Origin: Feifaniaceae bacterium
Lineage (GTDB): Bacteria; Bacillota; Clostridia; Oscillospirales; Feifaniaceae
Assembly: GCA_045545175.1 (NCBI GenBank)
Contig: JAZQAK010000047.1
Span: 98,975-122,974, forward strand
Length of the DNA: 24,000 nucleotides
Reading direction: 5' to 3'
The notes under the pieces were generated by a model. It was not told the origin of the DNA. It made no database searches and saw only the letters and a program-made list of their open reading frames with translations. Position 1 is the first letter of the stretch, and each line of letters starts with the position of its first letter. The position numbers and the translations under genes were made by a program. Shown piece by piece: positions 8,593 through 18,285 of this stretch.

Positions 8593-9414
8593 CTAAAAAT
8601 CAAGTTTTTTACTAAGCAATTCATAGTATGACATATCATCAAGTCTAAGTATCTTGAGTTTTTTATCAGACGTGACAACCTTGACATTGTCTTCAACAGA
8701 AATATTATATTCACCGGCACCGTCAAGCGATAAATAAACGTCATATTCAGTATCATCACACAGTGAGAGTGTTATTTCTGCACCCGCTTCGAAAACAATA
8801 GGTCGGGACGAGAACGAATGTGCGCATATTGGAGTAGCGAGGATGCACTCAACTGCAGGAGATACTATAGGACCACCGCAGGAAAGAGAATATGCCGAAG
8901 AACCCGTAGGAGTAGACAGAACAATTCCGTCTGCCATATACTTATTCACAAATTGCCCGTTACAGAAAAGTTTCAACTCAAGTGTATGGGGATTATTCAT
9001 TTTCAGTATTGCGTCGTTTAGACATATACCGCAAAAAGTATTCTTTTCGTTTGAACAAATTTCAACGTTGAGAACGTTTCTTTCCTCCACCTTGAAATCA
9101 CCGTTAAGAATTTTTTCAAGCTTTGTAAGATCGTTAATTTCAAGCGACGGCATAAACCCAAGTCTGCCGAGATTTACTCCAACTATCGGAATATCATACT
9201 CGTATGCAATTTTTGATGCCTGCAAAAAAGTTCCGTCACCGCCTACCGAAATGACAAAATCACACTTATCATTACCGTTAAACTCGGAAAAACCTTCGAG
9301 CTTTCCACCGCTTAAAATAACCTGCACACCCATTTTATTAAGGTGCCTTGCAATTTTGGCAGAATGTTGCAAAAAAGGGTCTTTTTTCTGATTAACGTAT
9401 AAAAGCACTCTCAT
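8593..9414 (-). CDS. nadK: NAD(+) kinase.
   Basis: GGDGTFL motif and NAD-kinase fold pattern. I prefer ATG at 9414 (MRVLLYVNQ...), which lies after the tlyA stop with RBS GGGGTGA. The ORF-track GTG at 9423 is the alternative. Confidence 0.9.
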   Translation of the reverse strand: MRVLLYVNQKKDPFLQHSAKIARHLNKMGVQVILSGGKLEGFSEFNGNDKCDFVISVGGDGTFLQASKIAYEYDIPIVGVNLGRLGFMPSLEINDLTKLEKILNGDFKVEERNVLNVEICSNEKNTFCGICLNDAILKMNNPHTLELKLFCNGQFVNKYMADGIVLSTPTGSSAYSLSCGGPIVSPAVECILATPICAHSFSSRPIVFEAGAEITLSLCDDTEYDVYLSLDGAGEYNISVEDNVKVVTSDKKLKILRLDDMSYYELLSKKLDF

Positions 9415-9419
9415 ATATC

Positions 9420-10205
9420 TCACCCCAATCTATGAGCATTTTCAACAATTGCATTTACATCGGGCACAGTATTCTTCCCGTCTCTGCTTATGCAAAGTAA
9501 AAATTCTATATTCCCCTCTCCGCCTCTTATCGGAGAAAAATCAAGCCCGCAGATATTAAAACCTGCATCTTGAAAACAACGGATAACATCTTTTATAATC
9601 GCGGAATGAACTTTTTTGTCCTTCACCACACCGCTTTTTGATATGCCGACTCCTCCGCACTCAAACTGTGGCTTTATGAGCATGACAATCTGTGTTTTTT
9701 CCGACGAGAGTCTGCATATTGCGTCTTTAATATGTTTTAATGAAATAAAACTGACGTCAACCGAAATAAAATCAAAAGAAGTCTCCGGTTTAAAGTTTCT
9801 TATATCACAATTCTCCAAAGAACAGACTCTATCATTTTCCAAAAGCAAAGAATCAAGTTGTGACGTTCCGACATCGACTGCATACACTTTGCTGGCACCG
9901 TGTTCAAGCATACAATGCGTAAAACCACCCGTTGATGCACCTACGTCAAGACAAACCTTATCAAGAACGGATATATCAAAGCTATGCAAGGCTTTTTCAA
10001 GTTTTTCCCCTGCCCTGCTGACATACTTGTACGGCTGAGCAAGAAGTTCAATTTCACATGAATTATCAAATTTTTCAGAAACTTTTTTAACAGTCTTACC
10101 GTTAACTTTTACAAGACCCATTTCAATTGCAGACTGCGCTTTTGACCTGCTTTTTAAAATTTGTTTTTCTACTAAAAGCGTATCAATTCTGATTTTATTT
10201 TCCAT
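9420..10205 (-). CDS. tlyA: TlyA-family rRNA 2'-O-methyltransferase (S4 domain plus FtsJ-like methyltransferase).
   Basis: RIDTLLVEKQILKSRSKAQ (S4-like), SRAGEKLEKAL, and SAM-binding DVGASTGGFT. Start is revised to ATG 10205 (MENKIRID) with RBS GGAGAT. The track start at 10235 would run 41 nt into dxs. Confidence 0.88.
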   Translation of the reverse strand: MENKIRIDTLLVEKQILKSRSKAQSAIEMGLVKVNGKTVKKVSEKFDNSCEIELLAQPYKYVSRAGEKLEKALHSFDISVLDKVCLDVGASTGGFTHCMLEHGASKVYAVDVGTSQLDSLLLENDRVCSLENCDIRNFKPETSFDFISVDVSFISLKHIKDAICRLSSEKTQIVMLIKPQFECGGVGISKSGVVKDKKVHSAIIKDVIRCFQDAGFNICGLDFSPIRGGEGNIEFLLCISRDGKNTVPDVNAIVENAHRLG

Positions 10206-12021
10206 CAAATATCTCCAGAACGGAACGTGCATCAAGTCCTGTCATACGATACTGTTCTTCGACAGTTCCCTGCTTTACAAAACTGTTTACCGCATAGACA
10301 CTGCAATTCATATGTTTAGCAAAAGAAAGGGCAACACCACCGTTTTCCATTCCTTCTTCAAAAAACATAGTTTTTTCACACGGACCAATAATGGACTTTA
10401 TTGCAGAAAAATCAATATCGGTGAGTTTATAAAGTGCTATAATTCCTATTTTTTTATCAGTAAGTTTTTTAGCTTCAAACAGATTGATAACCTGTCTGCC
10501 ATAGCTTATTGCTATTATATCGGCACCTTCACAGTCAAATGCTTTATAGTCTTCAGTAAAGGAAAGCAACTCGGCATAATCTTCATTCTGACTGCCCTTA
10601 GGATATCTGACACACGTTAGACCGCCTGCTTTAAGACCTTCCGAAACTGCATACTCCTGCTGTTTGTACGTAATAGGCGAATACATTGTAACACCCGGTA
10701 TCTCAAGAAGCATAGACACGTCAAAGAGTCCCTGATGCGTCTCCCCGTCATCGCCTACAAAACCCGCTCTGTCAACAGCAAGTATTACAGGCAAATTCTG
10801 AAGTGCAACGTCGTGCAGTATCTGGTCAAAACTGCGTTGCAAAAACGAAGAATAGCAGGCAAAAACAGGCTTATAGCCATTTATAGCAAGTCCTGCAGCA
10901 AAAGTAACTGCATGCGCCTCAGCTATTCCTACGTCAAAAAATCTTTCAGGAAAGTGCTTTTCAAAACAGTCGAATCCAACACCGTCACACATAGCAGCGG
11001 TTATTGCGCAAATGGTTTCATCACTCTTTGCACATTCAGTTAAATATTTTCCAAAGTTGCTCGAAAAAGTTTCGCTGGTATTAAGCTTGACACCATAATC
11101 GGCATCAAAACCCGATACACCGTGATAAAGCGTAGGGTTGTCCTCTGCCTTGTCATAGCCGTGTCCTTTAATTGTTTTCAAGTGTACGACACACGGATAT
11201 TCAAGTTCCTTAACACGTTCAAACACCATTTCAATCTTGTTTTCATCATGTCCGTCAATAGGCCCGAAATACCGAAAGCCCATATTTTCAAAATAGTTCC
11301 CCTGTCCTTTTGTAAGAAGGTTTTTAAAACCGTTTTTAATCTTTCTTACAGTATTATACAGGACGTTACCTATAAGTGGCACAGAATTCAAATGCTTAGT
11401 AACGTTATCTTTAAAATTGAAATATTTTCTGGTCGAAGTGTAGGACGACAAATATTTTGAAAGAGCACCCACGTTTTTAGAAATCGACTGACCGTTGTCA
11501 TTTATAACAATAAGAAGTTTCGTTTTACTTCTGCCTGCGTTATTGATACCCTCAAACGCAAGACCTCCCGTCATAGCACCGTCGCCGATAACAGCAATTG
11601 TAAAAGAATCATCTTTTTTCAGTTTGTTTGCCGTTGCAATTCCAAGAGCGGCTGATACAGACGTACTGCTATGTCCTGCCAAAAAGGCGTCGTGAACACT
11701 TTCATCGGGACGCGGAAAACCCGACAACCCGTCTTTTTTCCTGAGTTTCGAGAAATCCTTCGCTCTTCCCGTAAGGATCTTATGTACGTAACTCTGGTGA
11801 CCGACATCAAAAACTATTTTATCGGTCGGCGTATCAAAGACTCTGTGCAGTGCAACCGTGAGCTCAACAACACCGAGATTTGAAGCAAGATGCCCACCCG
11901 TCTTAGAAACGTTTTCCATAAGAAAATCTCTGATATCCTTACAAAGACACGGAACATTTTCAGGCGAGACGTCTTTTATTGATTTGCCGTCTAAAATATC
12001 CGAAAGAACATTATATTCCAT
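10195..12021 (-). CDS. dxs: 1-deoxy-D-xylulose-5-phosphate synthase.
   Basis: About 608 aa. GHSSTSVSAALG, TPP-binding GDGAMTGG, and transketolase-like pyrimidine-binding and C-terminal domains. ATG at 12021 follows the ispA stop by 2 nt; the track TTG at 12027 is the alternative. Confidence 0.95.
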   Translation of the reverse strand: MEYNVLSDILDGKSIKDVSPENVPCLCKDIRDFLMENVSKTGGHLASNLGVVELTVALHRVFDTPTDKIVFDVGHQSYVHKILTGRAKDFSKLRKKDGLSGFPRPDESVHDAFLAGHSSTSVSAALGIATANKLKKDDSFTIAVIGDGAMTGGLAFEGINNAGRSKTKLLIVINDNGQSISKNVGALSKYLSSYTSTRKYFNFKDNVTKHLNSVPLIGNVLYNTVRKIKNGFKNLLTKGQGNYFENMGFRYFGPIDGHDENKIEMVFERVKELEYPCVVHLKTIKGHGYDKAEDNPTLYHGVSGFDADYGVKLNTSETFSSNFGKYLTECAKSDETICAITAAMCDGVGFDCFEKHFPERFFDVGIAEAHAVTFAAGLAINGYKPVFACYSSFLQRSFDQILHDVALQNLPVILAVDRAGFVGDDGETHQGLFDVSMLLEIPGVTMYSPITYKQQEYAVSEGLKAGGLTCVRYPKGSQNEDYAELLSFTEDYKAFDCEGADIIAISYGRQVINLFEAKKLTDKKIGIIALYKLTDIDFSAIKSIIGPCEKTMFFEEGMENGGVALSFAKHMNCSVYAVNSFVKQGTVEEQYRMTGLDARSVLEIFDGK

Positions 12022-12023
12022 AA

Positions 12024-12899
12024 TCAATACTCCCTGCAGAGCAAGTAATCTGCAAGTAATTTAACCTCATCAGTATTATAAAATTCAGAAAGATATGTTA
12101 TGCATTTATCCGTATATTCTTTTGCCGCAGTGCGTGCACCTTCAAGTCCGAGAAGTGTAACAAACGTTGTCTTGTCAAGTTTCTCATCACTGCCGGTCTT
12201 TTTACCCAAAACCTTTTCATCGCCTACAGCATCAAGAATATCATCTATTATCTGGAATGCTATTCCAAGATTAATGCCGAATGCATCTGCCGCATTTACC
12301 TGCTCATCCGTACCTCCGCCTAAAATAACACCGATACGGCAAGCACACGACAGAAGAGCACCTGTTTTAAGAGCATACATTGAAGTAAGCGAAGTTACAT
12401 CGTCAAGTTTTTGCGTAACGTCAACAACCTGACCTCCAAGCATACCGTAAGTTCCCGAACAGTTAGCAAGCACGAGTGCCGCTTTTTTGACTTTATCTGC
12501 CGGAAAAGAATTTGACGTAAGCACGGTTTCAAATGCTGTATTCAGAAGTGCATCACCCGAAAGTACCGCAATATTTTCACCAAAAACCTTATGATTAGAA
12601 GGCTTTCCCCTTCTCATATCATCGTCATCCATACAGGGCAAATCATCATGTATAAGCGAATAAGTATGTATCATTTCAAGGGCAGCAGCAAAATCAACCG
12701 CCCTCTGCCATGCAGGGTCAAACATTCTGTAAAACATAAACAAAAGAGCCGGCCTTATCCTTTTACCGCCGTTACGTACGGAATAAAGCATCGCCTCAAA
12801 TATTGTTTTTTGTTTTGTTTGCACACCCCTTGAAAGAATACTTTCTATTCTCTCTTCACAGCATTTTGCATACAAAGCCAAATTATCTTTAATATCCAT
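12024..12899 (-). CDS. ispA: Farnesyl/geranyl diphosphate synthase (polyprenyl synthetase family).
   Basis: 291 aa. First Asp-rich motif is LIHDDLPCMDDDDMRRG and the second is IIDDILD. Its start overlaps the xseB stop by 1 nt (TAATG). Confidence 0.92.
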   Translation of the reverse strand: MDIKDNLALYAKCCEERIESILSRGVQTKQKTIFEAMLYSVRNGGKRIRPALLFMFYRMFDPAWQRAVDFAAALEMIHTYSLIHDDLPCMDDDDMRRGKPSNHKVFGENIAVLSGDALLNTAFETVLTSNSFPADKVKKAALVLANCSGTYGMLGGQVVDVTQKLDDVTSLTSMYALKTGALLSCACRIGVILGGGTDEQVNAADAFGINLGIAFQIIDDILDAVGDEKVLGKKTGSDEKLDKTTFVTLLGLEGARTAAKEYTDKCITYLSEFYNTDEVKLLADYLLCREY

Positions 12900-13132
12900 T
12901 ATTCCTCCGACGCAGTGAAATCCTGCTTCGCTTTACCGCCTACACCGTCATCTACAAGAATTTTAATTTTTTTCTCCGCTTCCGTTATGAGTTTGTTGCA
13001 GACTTTAGTAAGTTTTACTGCTTCTTCGTATAAATTCATAAGCTCATCAAGCGGAGCATCACCGTTTTCAAGCAATCTTACTATTTCTTCAAGACGCTTA
13101 ACGGAGCTTTCGAAATTCATATTATTTTCCAT
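12899..13132 (-). CDS. xseB: Exodeoxyribonuclease VII small subunit.
   Basis: 77 aa. FESSVKRLEEIVRLLENGDAPLDELMNLYEEAVKL is the typical XseB helical hairpin. It sits immediately downstream of xseA. Confidence 0.92.
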   Translation of the reverse strand: MENNMNFESSVKRLEEIVRLLENGDAPLDELMNLYEEAVKLTKVCNKLITEAEKKIKILVDDGVGGKAKQDFTASEE

Positions 13133-13134
13133 AA

Positions 13135-14346
13135 TTAATTCCTTTTTTCTATTTCATCAACTGTTGCAATTACCTTGCCGTTTTTAAAAATGACGTCAAT
13201 TCTGTCACCGCATCCAACGTCATCAACTGAACGTATTATCTTTTCACCCGAAGTTGCATAAGCATAACCCCTTGATAATACCCCAAGCGGACTAAGTGCC
13301 TCGAGTTTTGATACAGTCTGCAGAAACGCATTCTTTCTTCGTTCTACCGAATGATTTATTAACGTATCAATTTTTTCGGTAAAACTCAAAATCAACGTTT
13401 TCTTATCGTCAACAAGTATGGCAGGGTCATTTAAAATACGATGCCCTGACAGTGTATCAAGTTTTACTTTCTTTTCTCTTATCGTCCTTCTCGTATAAGC
13501 AAGAACGGCATTTTTAAGATTTGAAAATTTTTCAATAAGTTCATTACTGTCCGGCACGCAGAGTTCAGCCGCTGCAGACGGTGTAGGTGCACGAAGATCG
13601 CTCACAAAATCACATATGGTAAAATCCGTTTCATGACCGACTGCTGATATAACGGGAATTGTGCAGTCATAAACGGTACGGGCAAGCGTTTCATCGTTGA
13701 ATGCCCATAAATCTTCTATGGAACCTCCGCCTCTGCCAATAATAATTACGTTGACTGACTTTGTCGCATCAAAATACTTTACCGCTTCCACAAGTGACGA
13801 CGCCGCATTTTCACCCTGAACAAGCGCAGGATACAGCACGATTTCAGCAAGAGGAAATCGTCTTGTTATAACGTTTATTATATCTCTTACAGCCGCACCG
13901 GTAGGAGAAGTAATTACACCGACTCTATAAGGAATCTTGGGTAATTTTTTCTTGTGTTCAGGAGCAAACAGTCCCTCAGCTTCAAGTTTCTTTTTAAGCT
14001 GCTCGTATGCTATATATAGAGTGCCTACCCCATCAGGAATCATTTCATCGATATAAAGTTGGTAAGAACCGCCCTGCTCATATACCGAGACACGACCTTT
14101 ACACAAAACCTTCATACCGTCTTCAGGCACAAACGCAAGTTTTGACGCCTTACCCGAAAACATTATGGCTTTGATAACGCCACCATCATCCTTGAGAGAC
14201 ATATATAGATGCCCCGTTCTTATGTGGTTGATAAAATTTGATATTTCACCCTTAATCCATATACCAAATAAATTTGCATCCGAGTCAAATTTCTGTTTTA
14301 AGTATCTGTTAAGCTGCGATACAGAAACAGCATTAGCCTGTTCCAT
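13135..14346 (-). CDS. xseA: Exodeoxyribonuclease VII large subunit.
   Basis: N-terminal OB fold (VSVSQLNRYLKQKF...WIKGEISN) and GRGGGSIEDLWAFNDE motif. I prefer ATG 14346 (MEQANAVSVSQLN), 1 nt after the nusB stop. The track TTG at 14382 is the alternative. Confidence 0.9.
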   Translation of the reverse strand: MEQANAVSVSQLNRYLKQKFDSDANLFGIWIKGEISNFINHIRTGHLYMSLKDDGGVIKAIMFSGKASKLAFVPEDGMKVLCKGRVSVYEQGGSYQLYIDEMIPDGVGTLYIAYEQLKKKLEAEGLFAPEHKKKLPKIPYRVGVITSPTGAAVRDIINVITRRFPLAEIVLYPALVQGENAASSLVEAVKYFDATKSVNVIIIGRGGGSIEDLWAFNDETLARTVYDCTIPVISAVGHETDFTICDFVSDLRAPTPSAAAELCVPDSNELIEKFSNLKNAVLAYTRRTIREKKVKLDTLSGHRILNDPAILVDDKKTLILSFTEKIDTLINHSVERRKNAFLQTVSKLEALSPLGVLSRGYAYATSGEKIIRSVDDVGCGDRIDVIFKNGKVIATVDEIEKRN

Positions 14347-14347
14347 A

Positions 14348-14734
14348 TTACTTTGCAACCGCGCCAAGTATTCCGTTGACAAACGACGCCGCCTCAGGCA
14401 TATCGTATTTCTTTGTCAATTCAACGGCTTCGTTAATGGCAACTGCAGATGATATATCAGTATATTTTAATTCATATACTGCCATTCTCAATGCCGCAAG
14501 TGCAGCCTTACTTATCCTTGCTGACGACCAGTTACTGCTGTTTGCAGATATTACTGAATCTATATCTTCAATATTATTCGCAACGCCTTCAAGCAAATCT
14601 CTGCCAAAGTCATCAAGCATTAACCCTCTTTCTTCCAATGCAAGCGCCTGCATCTCGTCGAGAGAGTCAAATTTACCGTAACCGTATTCAAATATAAGAA
14701 GATATGCATTTTCTCTTGATGTATGTCTGTTCAT
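14348..14734 (-). CDS. nusB: Transcription antitermination factor NusB.
   Basis: 128 aa. RENAYLLIF, AALAALRMAVYELKY and INEAVELTKKY blocks. RBS GAGGTGG. Confidence 0.92.
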   Translation of the reverse strand: MNRHTSRENAYLLIFEYGYGKFDSLDEMQALALEERGLMLDDFGRDLLEGVANNIEDIDSVISANSSNWSSARISKAALAALRMAVYELKYTDISSAVAINEAVELTKKYDMPEAASFVNGILGAVAK

Positions 14735-14754
14735 AATCCACCTCGTTTCAAAAT

Positions 14755-14783
14755 ATTATATCACTATACAAATATTTATGCAA
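14755..14783 (-). promoter_or_regulatory. Sigma-A-type promoter for the nusB...tyrS block.
   Basis: Minus strand reads TTGCAT (14783-14778), 17-nt spacer, TATAAT (14760-14755), about 20 nt upstream of the nusB ATG and just downstream of the asp23 terminator. Confidence 0.55.
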
Positions 14784-14799
14784 TAATATGAGTAATACT

Positions 14800-14838
14800 T
14801 ATATAAATAAAAGTGCGTTCATAAACTGAACGCACTTT
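14800..14838 (-). terminator. Rho-independent terminator after the asp23-family gene.
   Basis: Stem is AAAGTGCGTTCA / TGAACGCACTTT (14810-14821 / 14827-14838) with a 5-nt loop, followed on the minus strand by TTATTTATAT. Confidence 0.75.
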
Positions 14839-14843
14839 AAAAA

Positions 14844-15188
14844 TTATTCTTCTTCTTTTTTCTGGTCAATATTTATGCCTGAAACAACAATATCAACTTT
14901 AGAAACAGACATACCGCACATATCCTGCACGTTTTTAACAACACTTTCCTGTATCTGAGAAGTAATATCAACGATTTTTACACCGTAGTCAATAACAACC
15001 GAAGCTTCAATCGAAACGGTATTATCCTTAATTTCAACCTTGATTCCTTTATAGGGAGTTTTATTCTTTATAATCCCCATAAGTTCACTGCCTGTAGCCG
15101 CCGAAACGCCGTTTATCTCGTTGATTGATTTTCCGACTATTTTCATTATTACTTCTTCTGATATTTTAAGATTGCCTATTGTATCCAT
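14844..15188 (-). CDS. Asp23/Gls24-family alkaline shock protein.
   Basis: GNLKISEEVIMKIVGKSINEINGV... is the typical family N-terminus. Its position between spoIIIAH and nusB matches B. subtilis yqhY. Start is revised to ATG 15188 (MDTIGNL), 6 nt after RBS GGAGG. The track start at 15203 lies inside that RBS region. Confidence 0.85.
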   Translation of the reverse strand: MDTIGNLKISEEVIMKIVGKSINEINGVSAATGSELMGIIKNKTPYKGIKVEIKDNTVSIEASVVIDYGVKIVDITSQIQESVVKNVQDMCGMSVSKVDIVVSGINIDQKKEEE

Positions 15189-15239
15189 AACAAACCTCCG
15201 CATGCTTTTTTTATATTATACACCACAGAGGCATAAAAA

Positions 15240-15782
15240 TCAATTGATTTCGACTACTGTTATATTTTTTGCTCCGATACCCGTCTCTCTCGTGACTATT
15301 TCACTGATCTGTGCCACTTCTTTTCCGAGTAATCCTTCACTCTGAACCATTACGGTAACGCTGTCTTCATCGCATACCGCCAGTGCACCCGCAAAGCCTT
15401 TAGCGGTTATCATATTTTCAATGTTTCCCTCGTTTACGGTCTGCTGAGCTATTTTTTCCTTCTTCTCATTAGCAGAATTTTTATCATCCTGAGAACTGTT
15501 TTCATCGCTGATTATTTCGTCGAGTATTTCAAGAGCCTCGTCTCTCGAAGTTGTTCTTGTCAATCGTGCAGATGCAAAATATGCATTTTCATCAATTTCA
15601 GCATTTACAAGTTTTGCTTCTCCGAGAACTTTATCTGCCTCGTATTCTATATCATCGCTTAAAATATCAACGTCTGTTACTGCTGTGTCATTACCACCCA
15701 ATTGTCTATTTAGAAAAACCGACATACATACTACAAGTACCATACCAAATAAAACAAACTGCTTTTTCTTTAAAATTTTCAT
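15240..15782 (-). CDS. spoIIIAH: Stage III sporulation protein AH.
   Basis: 180 aa. N-terminal TM helix (FVLFGMVLVVCMSVFL), acidic linker, ASARLTRTTSRDEALEIL block, and a C-terminal YscJ/FliF-like region. It is the last gene of the spoIIIA cluster. RBS GGAGGG. Confidence 0.85.
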   Translation of the reverse strand: MKILKKKQFVLFGMVLVVCMSVFLNRQLGGNDTAVTDVDILSDDIEYEADKVLGEAKLVNAEIDENAYFASARLTRTTSRDEALEILDEIISDENSSQDDKNSANEKKEKIAQQTVNEGNIENMITAKGFAGALAVCDEDSVTVMVQSEGLLGKEVAQISEIVTRETGIGAKNITVVEIN

Positions 15783-15793
15783 AATACCCTCCG

Positions 15794-16237
15794 CTATGAT
15801 ATTTTTTTACTCACACTTATTCTTGACGACGAAACGTCTGTCAGGGACTTGATTGTAGCAATCACCTGATTTTGAACCGAAACATCGTCTGCACCGTCAA
15901 TCACAACGGCAACACCTCTGATTTTAGGCTGATTTGTTTTAATAAGCGTCGGAGATGATGAATAACCAACACTTGCATACACCGCTTCACCGCTATTTTC
16001 GAGCGTAACGGCAACACTGCATTCCCCAACTCCGTCTATACTTTTCAATACATTCTCAAGTTTATTTTCAATTTCCTCTACGTATACCCGTTCGTCATAT
16101 ATATCTTTCGTCGCCCCGTTGCTGCTGCCAAAGAGCATAAGCACTACACCTGCAACAACAGCAACGATAAGTATTAGTATTCTTTTATAGTCCTGATTTT
16201 TTACGTCAAATTTAAATACACCCGATTTTTTATCCAC
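15794..16237 (-). CDS. spoIIIAG: Stage III sporulation protein AG.
   Basis: Single TM helix (ILILIVAVVAGVVLMLF), GVGECSVAVTLENSGE, and C-terminal IRGVAVVIDGADDVSVQNQVIATIKSL. The likely GTG start at 16237 overlaps the spoIIIAF stop. The 46 extra N-terminal residues in the track ORF overlap spoIIIAF and look non-coding. Confidence 0.8.
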   Translation of the reverse strand: MDKKSGVFKFDVKNQDYKRILILIVAVVAGVVLMLFGSSNGATKDIYDERVYVEEIENKLENVLKSIDGVGECSVAVTLENSGEAVYASVGYSSSPTLIKTNQPKIRGVAVVIDGADDVSVQNQVIATIKSLTDVSSSRISVSKKIS

Positions 16238-16640
16238 TGTACAACACCCTGTCCTGCGGTATACCGACAATTTCGGACAAATAAACCCCTGCCGATAAAT
16301 CTCCGCTGTAGTCAAGTCCAAGCACCATGATTTCACCGTCCTTACACTCACAATATATATTCTTAACTTCTGCATTATATTCGTTTTCTGAAAGTAATGT
16401 ATTCAACCTGCTTTTTAGTTCATCAGAATAGATAACAGAAAGCGTTTCTTCCGTTTGGTAATCAATTTTATTAAATTCAAATGATATTCCCTTTGTATTC
16501 ACAAACGGCTGAAGAATCGCCGTTATAACAATTAAGCAACAGACAAAATTTATTATTTCACGATATTTTTCACCGGTAAGCCTTTTAACAATACCACACA
16601 CGATACCGCTCACGCATATTGAATAAAAATAGTTTCCCAT
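16230..16640 (-). CDS. spoIIIAF: Stage III sporulation protein AF.
   Basis: Two N-terminal TM helices followed by a soluble domain, in the position between AE and AG. Start is revised to ATG 16640 (MGNYFYS), after the spoIIIAE stop and with RBS GAGGA. Confidence 0.75.
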   Translation of the reverse strand: MGNYFYSICVSGIVCGIVKRLTGEKYREIINFVCCLIVITAILQPFVNTKGISFEFNKIDYQTEETLSVIYSDELKSRLNTLLSENEYNAEVKNIYCECKDGEIMVLGLDYSGDLSAGVYLSEIVGIPQDRVLYSG

Positions 16641-16648
16641 ACAAATCC

Positions 16649-17719
16649 TCACGCAACCGATATAAGAAGCGAAATTGACATTATTATATACATCATTTCG
16701 CATACGTAAAGTGCTGTAATTATCTCAAAAACACCCGTGTATCCCTTTAAAAGTGCTTTTACCGACGACTGACCGATACCTTCAGACACAACCAACCCTA
16801 TCCGCAATATCAGTAGAGTTGCAATCAACGTAAGCAGATACGGTAACAGCATAATAACAACCGAAATGATGCCGAAAATACCGCTTGTAGATACGATCAT
16901 TTTAGAGGATGCGGCTATTGTCCCGAAAGCATCTTTAACAACACCGCCCACAATAGGCATACTTCCTGAAATTATAAACTTTGCTGCAGACATACCTATG
17001 GAATCACCTGCAGATGCTATATACTTCTGCAAAGCGGTAACACCGGAAAAAACTATACCGATAATGCCTATAAGAGTTATGCATAGTTTTTTCAGCATAT
17101 CAAGCAAATTATTCAATACGCCGTTCTCTATTGCTGATGCATAAGTAAGACTTACGATTCCACTTAAAAGCGGAAAAAATATCACGGATATACAATTTGA
17201 TATAATTGACAGAATGCCCACTATCGTAGACGGCATCAATCCGGCGGATACACTCTTTCCCCCTACCGCAAGTCCTGCAGCCATATAAGAATATGTAAGC
17301 GACAGAAAACCGTTGAGTGAGGCAAGTTTTACGAACACTCCCGACAACAAAGGATATATGCTACCATGCAAAAGACATATAGAAACAATGCACGTTACAG
17401 TATCAAAGAGCTGAATATAATTTTTATCTGTTATGAGAAGCACCAGTGAACTTCCCAAAACGATAAATAACGTTCTCTCTACAAGTGGTTTTAACGAAGG
17501 AAAAACGTTTCTTACAGCCTTCTTTATGAAACCATATATTTTCCTCGGGGAGAGATGCTCTGTAAGTCGCAAACCATCATCAAGTTCTTCCTGTGAAACG
17601 TATTCTTTTACGTCCTCATCCGCACTTTCATAAATACGACTGTAGTCAACCGCAGTAACTGATATTTCAAACGAAAATATCAAAATAACCACCGACAACA
17701 CACATAATATTTTTCTCAT
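16649..17719 (-). CDS. spoIIIAE: Stage III sporulation protein AE (polytopic membrane protein).
   Basis: 356 aa. Signal peptide MRKILCVLSVVILIFSFEISVTA and multiple TM segments. ATGA overlap with the spoIIIAD stop. Confidence 0.85.
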   Translation of the reverse strand: MRKILCVLSVVILIFSFEISVTAVDYSRIYESADEDVKEYVSQEELDDGLRLTEHLSPRKIYGFIKKAVRNVFPSLKPLVERTLFIVLGSSLVLLITDKNYIQLFDTVTCIVSICLLHGSIYPLLSGVFVKLASLNGFLSLTYSYMAAGLAVGGKSVSAGLMPSTIVGILSIISNCISVIFFPLLSGIVSLTYASAIENGVLNNLLDMLKKLCITLIGIIGIVFSGVTALQKYIASAGDSIGMSAAKFIISGSMPIVGGVVKDAFGTIAASSKMIVSTSGIFGIISVVIMLLPYLLTLIATLLILRIGLVVSEGIGQSSVKALLKGYTGVFEIITALYVCEMMYIIMSISLLISVA

Positions 17720-18087
17720 CCTGTTAAACCTTTAATTATGTCAATAACGTTTGACAGCATTTTCAATGAAGCTGCTATAACTGCCGTTTTAGTGAAAACA
17801 GATATTGCTTCAGCAAGCGATTTTTCACCTATATCCTGGCAAATACTGCAAAGATATTCGCAAGCAACTATTATGAGCGGTATATACAAAAAAGTATTTA
17901 TACCTTTCACGTCACTTCCCACGTATTTAAGGGTAGAAATGATCTTTTCAAAAAACGACAAAGCGGCTATCAGTATAGAGATTGAGCATACCGCTGATAC
18001 AGAAAACGTCATTTTACTCTTAGACGTTCTTAACAGTAGAATAACGCATATAGCTATAAATGCACATATATAAACCTTTACAATCAT
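17716..18087 (-). CDS. spoIIIAD: Stage III sporulation protein AD.
   Basis: 123 aa hydrophobic protein with about 4 TM helices, in the expected position and size within the operon. Confidence 0.8.
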   Translation of the reverse strand: MIVKVYICAFIAICVILLLRTSKSKMTFSVSAVCSISILIAALSFFEKIISTLKYVGSDVKGINTFLYIPLIIVACEYLCSICQDIGEKSLAEAISVFTKTAVIAASLKMLSNVIDIIKGLTG

Positions 18088-18278
18088 ATCGTAAACGTTG
18101 TAATAATATAGTCGTAAAGTTCTTTTGCTTTAGCAAGCACGATCAACAGACCCATAATGATTCCCGCCATATTTACAAGTGACGAATATTCATCTTTACC
18201 GTTTTTTGAAAGTATAAGATTTATTGCCATCACGAGAAGTGCGAGTGCAAAGAGTTTAAGAATTATTTGAATTTCCAT
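18084..18278 (-). CDS. spoIIIAC: Stage III sporulation protein AC.
   Basis: 64 aa with two TM helices. Operon position fits, and there is a 4-nt overlap with the spoIIIAD start. Confidence 0.8.
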   Translation of the reverse strand: MEIQIILKLFALALLVMAINLILSKNGKDEYSSLVNMAGIIMGLLIVLAKAKELYDYIITTFTI

Positions 18279-18285
18279 AATTACC

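Noticed and set aside
15204-15239. Possible terminator or promoter between spoIIIAH and asp23 (a TATAAT is present).
   Set aside because: Only a 4-bp potential stem is present, with no U-tract context for a terminator. The -35 would fall in coding sequence with no clear match, which is too weak to report.
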